DNA of 64,000 nucleotides from Fidelibacterota bacterium (GTDB lineage: Bacteria; Fidelibacterota; Fidelibacteria; Fidelibacterales; DSDE01), in the NCBI GenBank assembly GCA_046735395.1, contig JBJKQR010000084.1, positions 10,188 through 74,187 on the forward strand. The letters are read 5' to 3'. How positions within the stretch are numbered: position 1 is the first letter of the stretch; each line of letters begins with the position of its first letter. Positions 60,143 through 64,000 of this stretch are shown here, piece by piece. The notes under the pieces are model-generated. The model was not told the origin of the DNA and did no database searches. It was given only the letters and a program-made list of their open reading frames with translations. The position numbers and the translations under genes were made by a program.

Positions 60143-60834
60143 TGAACCTGCGCCTCAGGGATAAAATTCTCAATCATGTCCGGGATGCGGACGAGCAATG
60201 GCACATGAACCTCTTCAACCGGACTGAGCCTTTTCTCCTTGGCCTGTCGGGAGGCAAGGATTCTCTGGCTCTTCTCAAACTGATGGCCGAAGAAGATCTG
60301 CCCTTCGTTGCCGTCCATATTGATCAGAAGCTCTGCGATTCCACCGATTTTATCGAATGGAGCCGTACTCTGGGTGTGGAAGTCATCTCCCTCCCCTACG
60401 AAGCTGACCTGACCCGAAAAAATGCCTGTTTCAGCTGCAGTCGCGGGCGGCGGCACCGTCTTCTCGAAGCTGCTGAAAGCCGGGGCATCCGGGATCTCAT
60501 TCTGGCTCATCATCGTGATGATGCCAATGAAACCCTCCTGCTGAATCTGTTCTTCAGCCGGGAAATTTCCACGATGACCCCTGTCCAGAACCTGTTCTCC
60601 GGAAAATTCCGGATTCTGCGTCCCCTGTACCGCTGTCCGGAAGTGCTGCTTTCCCGCTATGCGGAACAGCAGTCCCTGCCGGTATGCAAAAACCTCTGTC
60701 CGCAGGACCTGAGCAGCCATCGCAAAGAAATAAAGGATCTGATCAGAGACTTTCAGCAGAAACACTCCCGGATCGATGTGGGCGATAATCTTTTTGCCGC
60801 TCTGAATTCGGTTAAAAATAATTTCCTGCCCTGA
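60142..60834 (+). CDS. ttcA: TtcA-family tRNA thiolation PP-loop protein
   Basis: SGGKDS, CFSC..RR, AHHRDD..ET.L.N, RPL, C...CP. Confidence 0.75.
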   Translation: MNLRLRDKILNHVRDADEQWHMNLFNRTEPFLLGLSGGKDSLALLKLMAEEDLPFVAVHIDQKLCDSTDFIEWSRTLGVEVISLPYEADLTRKNACFSCSRGRRHRLLEAAESRGIRDLILAHHRDDANETLLLNLFFSREISTMTPVQNLFSGKFRILRPLYRCPEVLLSRYAEQQSLPVCKNLCPQDLSSHRKEIKDLIRDFQQKHSRIDVGDNLFAALNSVKNNFLP

Positions 60835-60875
60835 GAAATTCAGTCAACGGCTGGCCCCTATTTCACCGCAGCCCC

Positions 60876-60889
60876 TTGAAATTGATCAA
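60876..60889 (+). promoter_or_regulatory. FNR/CRP-family-like box overlapping a putative -35 element
   Basis: TTGAA-ATTG-ATCAA matches 9 of 10 positions of TTGAT-N4-ATCAA; promoter TTGAAA-N17-TAAGTT. Confidence 0.4.
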
Positions 60890-60929
60890 AGTTTGAAATA
60901 AGTTACAGGTAAGAATAACGAGACAGAAA

Positions 60930-61328
60930 GTGAACGCCATGAACAATTCGTATGTATGCCCCTATTGCAGAGGCCACCTGAAGCTGCAGGATTCCATTAT
61001 TTTCGCGGCAAAGACGGAAAACGGGAAACGCGGACTGATCCTCGTCAGCCCGAAGCTGGGAGATTATCATTACAGCAGCCACGACAGTTTCACCCCGTCA
61101 GAAGGTGAGAAAGTGCAGTTTTTCTGTCCGCTCTGCCACGCCAACCTCGCCGCTCTCAGCGTGAACCAGAATCTGGCGGAAATCATCATGATTGATGAGG
61201 ATTCGGTGGAATGGGATATTTATTTTTCTGAAATCGTCGGTGAAAAATGTACCTATAAAATCCACGACAAGCAGGTGGAAACATTCGGCGAAAATTCATC
61301 CCGTTATATCAATTATTTCGGTTCCTGA
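60930..61328 (+). CDS. Hypothetical protein with two CPxC motifs (zinc-ribbon-like)
   Basis: YVCPYC and FFCPLC motifs. Start may be ATG 60939. Confidence 0.75.
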   Translation: MNAMNNSYVCPYCRGHLKLQDSIIFAAKTENGKRGLILVSPKLGDYHYSSHDSFTPSEGEKVQFFCPLCHANLAALSVNQNLAEIIMIDEDSVEWDIYFSEIVGEKCTYKIHDKQVETFGENSSRYINYFGS

Positions 61329-61389
61329 CCCAATTTTCTGTAACTAAAGATCGCGGCCGGCATCTCACCGGATAAAACGAGGAGAAACT

Positions 61390-62019
61390 ATGCCGGCTAT
61401 TATTGATTCCAGATTGTGTGACAACAGCATGTCCTGCGGATCAGCCAGATTCTGCCCAAAGGGGGCAATCGTGCTGAAACCGGGAAATGTCAGTATAAAT
61501 TCCGATCTCTGTGGCGATTGTCCCGGACACTGTGTACGGGGCTGTCCGGCAAAAGCCGTCAAGTATGCTCCGGCCGATGAATTTGAAGCGCTGCTTCAGG
61601 ACATGAAATCCGATACACGCACCGAAGCCGATCTCTTTGAGGAAATGTACGGTGTGAAGCCGGTTGATCCCGGCGAGACAGGCCGCAACCTTATTCACCT
61701 GGATTGCGGAAACTGGAATGAAAAAGTTCTGGAATCCCCCGTCCCGGTCATAGTGGATTTCTGGGCCCCCTGGTGCCAGCCCTGCAAGGTACTTGCTCCC
61801 CATTTCAAGAAACTGGCTGAAGAGTATGAAGGTAAAATCCTCTTTGGCAAGATGAATACGGAAGAATGCCAGCAGATTCCGGCGCAGCTTTATATTCGGT
61901 CCATTCCCACACTCATGGTCTTTTTCGGCGGCAAGCCCGTTGACATGGCCGTAGGCGCTCTCCCGGAAGGAATGCTGAGAGATTTTCTGGACAAACAGGT
62001 CAAATCCCTGAATCAGTAA
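61390..62019 (+). CDS. Ferredoxin-like Fe-S domain fused to thioredoxin
   Basis: N-terminal CDNSMSCGSARFCP and CGDCPGHCVRGCP; C-terminal VIVDFWAPWCQPCK...IRSIPTL; GAGGAG RBS. Confidence 0.88.
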   Translation: MPAIIDSRLCDNSMSCGSARFCPKGAIVLKPGNVSINSDLCGDCPGHCVRGCPAKAVKYAPADEFEALLQDMKSDTRTEADLFEEMYGVKPVDPGETGRNLIHLDCGNWNEKVLESPVPVIVDFWAPWCQPCKVLAPHFKKLAEEYEGKILFGKMNTEECQQIPAQLYIRSIPTLMVFFGGKPVDMAVGALPEGMLRDFLDKQVKSLNQ

Positions 62020-62335
62020 GTTCCGGCCCTCCGGTACAGTCCCGGACCCAGTTCTCATAGGCCTCATTCGCTTCCACATCGTATTTGATCACAGCCGGCA
62101 CATCATAGGGATGCAGCTGTTCAATGCGCTTCCGGAGTGTGGGCCACAGGCCGGGCCGGGATTTGAAGAGCACGGCAAGTTCCCTGTCATTCTGTCGGAC
62201 AGAATCCCAGACATAGAGTGAATTCACGGGGAAGGAATTCGCGCAGGCAACCAGGCCTTCATCCAAAAGCCGGCTGCTGACATCCATGGCGCTCTTTTCA
62301 TCCGGAAAGGTCACATATACCGAAATTATAGCCAT
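62000..62335 (-). CDS. cutA: Divalent-cation tolerance protein CutA
   Basis: VYVTFP, LVAC.N, SLY.W, HPYDVP, Y..WV. Confidence 0.9.
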   Translation of the reverse strand: MAIISVYVTFPDEKSAMDVSSRLLDEGLVACANSFPVNSLYVWDSVRQNDRELAVLFKSRPGLWPTLRKRIEQLHPYDVPAVIKYDVEANEAYENWVRDCTGGPELTDSGI

Positions 62336-62509
62336 ATTATCCTCATTATCAGGGTTTTAAGGTACAAAATATTCCGACCGAAACCTTCACATTTCAGGGC
62401 GAGACGTATTTTGATCGCGGATCAGACGGATAGCCACAGCGGGGAAAAGGAATCGTCCCGTCTTTTTCTCACGGACAGATCCGGGGTATTTCACTTTATT
62501 ATAACGAAA

Positions 62510-63157
62510 TTATTGTAAAAGAACCGGATCCTTCCGGGATACGGACAAAAATAATCGATATAGGAGTGTATCCAATATTTTCCCGGCCTTATCTCTTCGC
62601 AGATCCATCCAGTCATGGGCCAGGGAAAAAATACGCAGAAGCCCCAGATCCGAATCTTTTTCCAGTATAGCTCCCGCTTTTCTGAAATCAGGCCGGTCAC
62701 TCCCAGATCCATCAGCTGACGCCATGTCCTCCAGCACCAGAATACGGAGAATATCATCTGCCCGCCCCGGCAGATCCAGACTGCGGATAAAATTCCGGCC
62801 CCGGGCCGTATCGAAGAATGCCTGCAGAGATTCCCGGGCTACGGCGGCAGGTGTAAAACGGCCCGTTCTCATGAGGCGAAAAAGCACGGCAAGAATAATG
62901 ATTAGAGAGGTAATCCGCTGAGTTCCATCCCGGATCTCAATTTCCGATTCAGATTCATCCTCCACCGAAAAAATCAGCTCCCCCAGATCAAGATCCATCT
63001 GAGAAAGGGCTGCATTTTCGATTTCATCCAGAAAGGACAGAACCTGTGATGCATCACCAAGAAAATTCCCGGCCGGCTTGATTTTTCTGAACCCGCTCCC
63101 GATGGATCGGGCCAGATCATTTAGCCGGAAGCTATTCAGATCAATATCATGATTCAT
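62510..63157 (-). CDS. Hypothetical protein with a degenerate DUF262 (GmrS-like) motif; possible relic
   Basis: LGELIF...EIRDGTQRITSL resembles the DUF262 motif IDGQQRLTTL. Other motifs were not recognised. Confidence 0.5.
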   Translation of the reverse strand: MNHDIDLNSFRLNDLARSIGSGFRKIKPAGNFLGDASQVLSFLDEIENAALSQMDLDLGELIFSVEDESESEIEIRDGTQRITSLIIILAVLFRLMRTGRFTPAAVARESLQAFFDTARGRNFIRSLDLPGRADDILRILVLEDMASADGSGSDRPDFRKAGAILEKDSDLGLLRIFSLAHDWMDLRRDKAGKILDTLLYRLFLSVSRKDPVLLQ

Positions 63158-63428
63158 AAATCCCCCCTGTACATACCTCTGCGACGGTCAGGGATAAAAT
63201 ATCGTCCACGACCACCACATGAAAAATACTGGATTTCAAACAGCTGTACATCGGCCACTTTCCCAGTCAAAACACATGTTTCCAGAACAGATGTTCGGTT
63301 TTTACGTCTCAGGATAAAGTAGACAATAATTTAGATATAATCAAATTTTATTTAGCGTCAGGCACGTATAGTAAATAATTAATAAACAATAGAAAACGGA
63401 GAAACTCCGGCCGAATTCCTTTCAAAAT

Positions 63429-63456
63429 AAAAAAGCCCATGCTGAACATGGGCTTT
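63429..63456 (-). terminator. Intrinsic terminator after the DoxX gene
   Basis: AAAGCCCATG-CTGAA-CATGGGCTTT with a T-run on the minus strand. Confidence 0.75.
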
Positions 63457-63497
63457 GCGTTATGCTGCTGAGCAAAAAAATTCGGGGCAGGCTGCAG

Positions 63498-63875
63498 TCA
63501 TTCCCCACTGAACGGCAAAACCTTGCAGCGGCCATAGGCCAGGAAGCCGGAAATAACGGCCACAACGAACCAGTAAACGATCTGCGACATGGCAGCCGTT
63601 CCGGAAGAAATCAGGCTCACGATGATCCACAAGAGCATCTCTGCCGCAATAAAGGTCGCTGCCCAGGATACATATCTACCGAAAGACCTGACAAAGGCGA
63701 CGAGAACGAGAGCCAGAGAGGCGGCCAGTTCAACGATGCTGATTCCGATCCAGAACCAATGCGGAATAGCGCTCAGAGACCCGACGGCCTGTTCAGGGTT
63801 GGAAAATTTCCAGACCGCACCCATGGCGGTGTGCAATGCAAGCAAAACCTGTAAAATCCAGAATAGAATATTCAT
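63498..63875 (-). CDS. DoxX-like family membrane protein
   Basis: MNILFWILQVLLAL....G...K, I..VEL, FLAYGR; about 4 TM segments. Confidence 0.8.
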   Translation of the reverse strand: MNILFWILQVLLALHTAMGAVWKFSNPEQAVGSLSAIPHWFWIGISIVELAASLALVLVAFVRSFGRYVSWAATFIAAEMLLWIIVSLISSGTAAMSQIVYWFVVAVISGFLAYGRCKVLPFSGE

Positions 63876-64000
63876 AGTCGATCCTTATAAAGTACTCACC
63901 ATCACAGGATGATTCCCAAAGGATTTCAAAAGCACATCCCTCAATATTGATTTTAAAGAGTATTTCCAGCTAGCAAGAAAATAGAATAAAAAATCAGCCG

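Overview
A 64-kb stretch of bacterial chromosome with about 55 mostly housekeeping genes. The signatures (PorV-family barrel, T9SS/FlgD-type C-terminal sorting domains, TonB-dependent receptor, GS-III) suggest a non-Bacteroidota member of the FCB superphylum, such as Marinimicrobia/Fidelibacterota, KSB1 or Calditrichota; this is an inference. Recognisable genes include amrS, an EutE-like acylating aldehyde dehydrogenase, hemW, lepB, an rnhB-yraN fusion, Lrp plus GS-III, tRNA-Gly(CCC), metK, sodB, acs, purL, uvrC, tatC, meaB, acyl-CoA dehydrogenase with etfAB, anmK, rmuC, gdhA, TPR-MoxR-DUF58-ttcA and cutA. I saw no CRISPR array, transposase, integrase or prophage. The best candidate for an uncharacterised system is the five-gene operon at 36120-44716: lipoprotein, PorV-family barrel, TonB-dependent receptor, CTD-bearing secreted protein and IPT/TIG lipoprotein. 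It looks like a SusD-less surface uptake machine with its own PorV-like partner. Also notable are a ferredoxin-thioredoxin fusion behind an FNR-like box, an orphan microcompartment-type aldehyde dehydrogenase, scattered peptidoglycan-recycling genes, a degenerate DUF262 gene with LexA-like boxes, and a heptamer tandem repeat upstream of rmuC. All calls come from reading motifs by eye; no searches were run.
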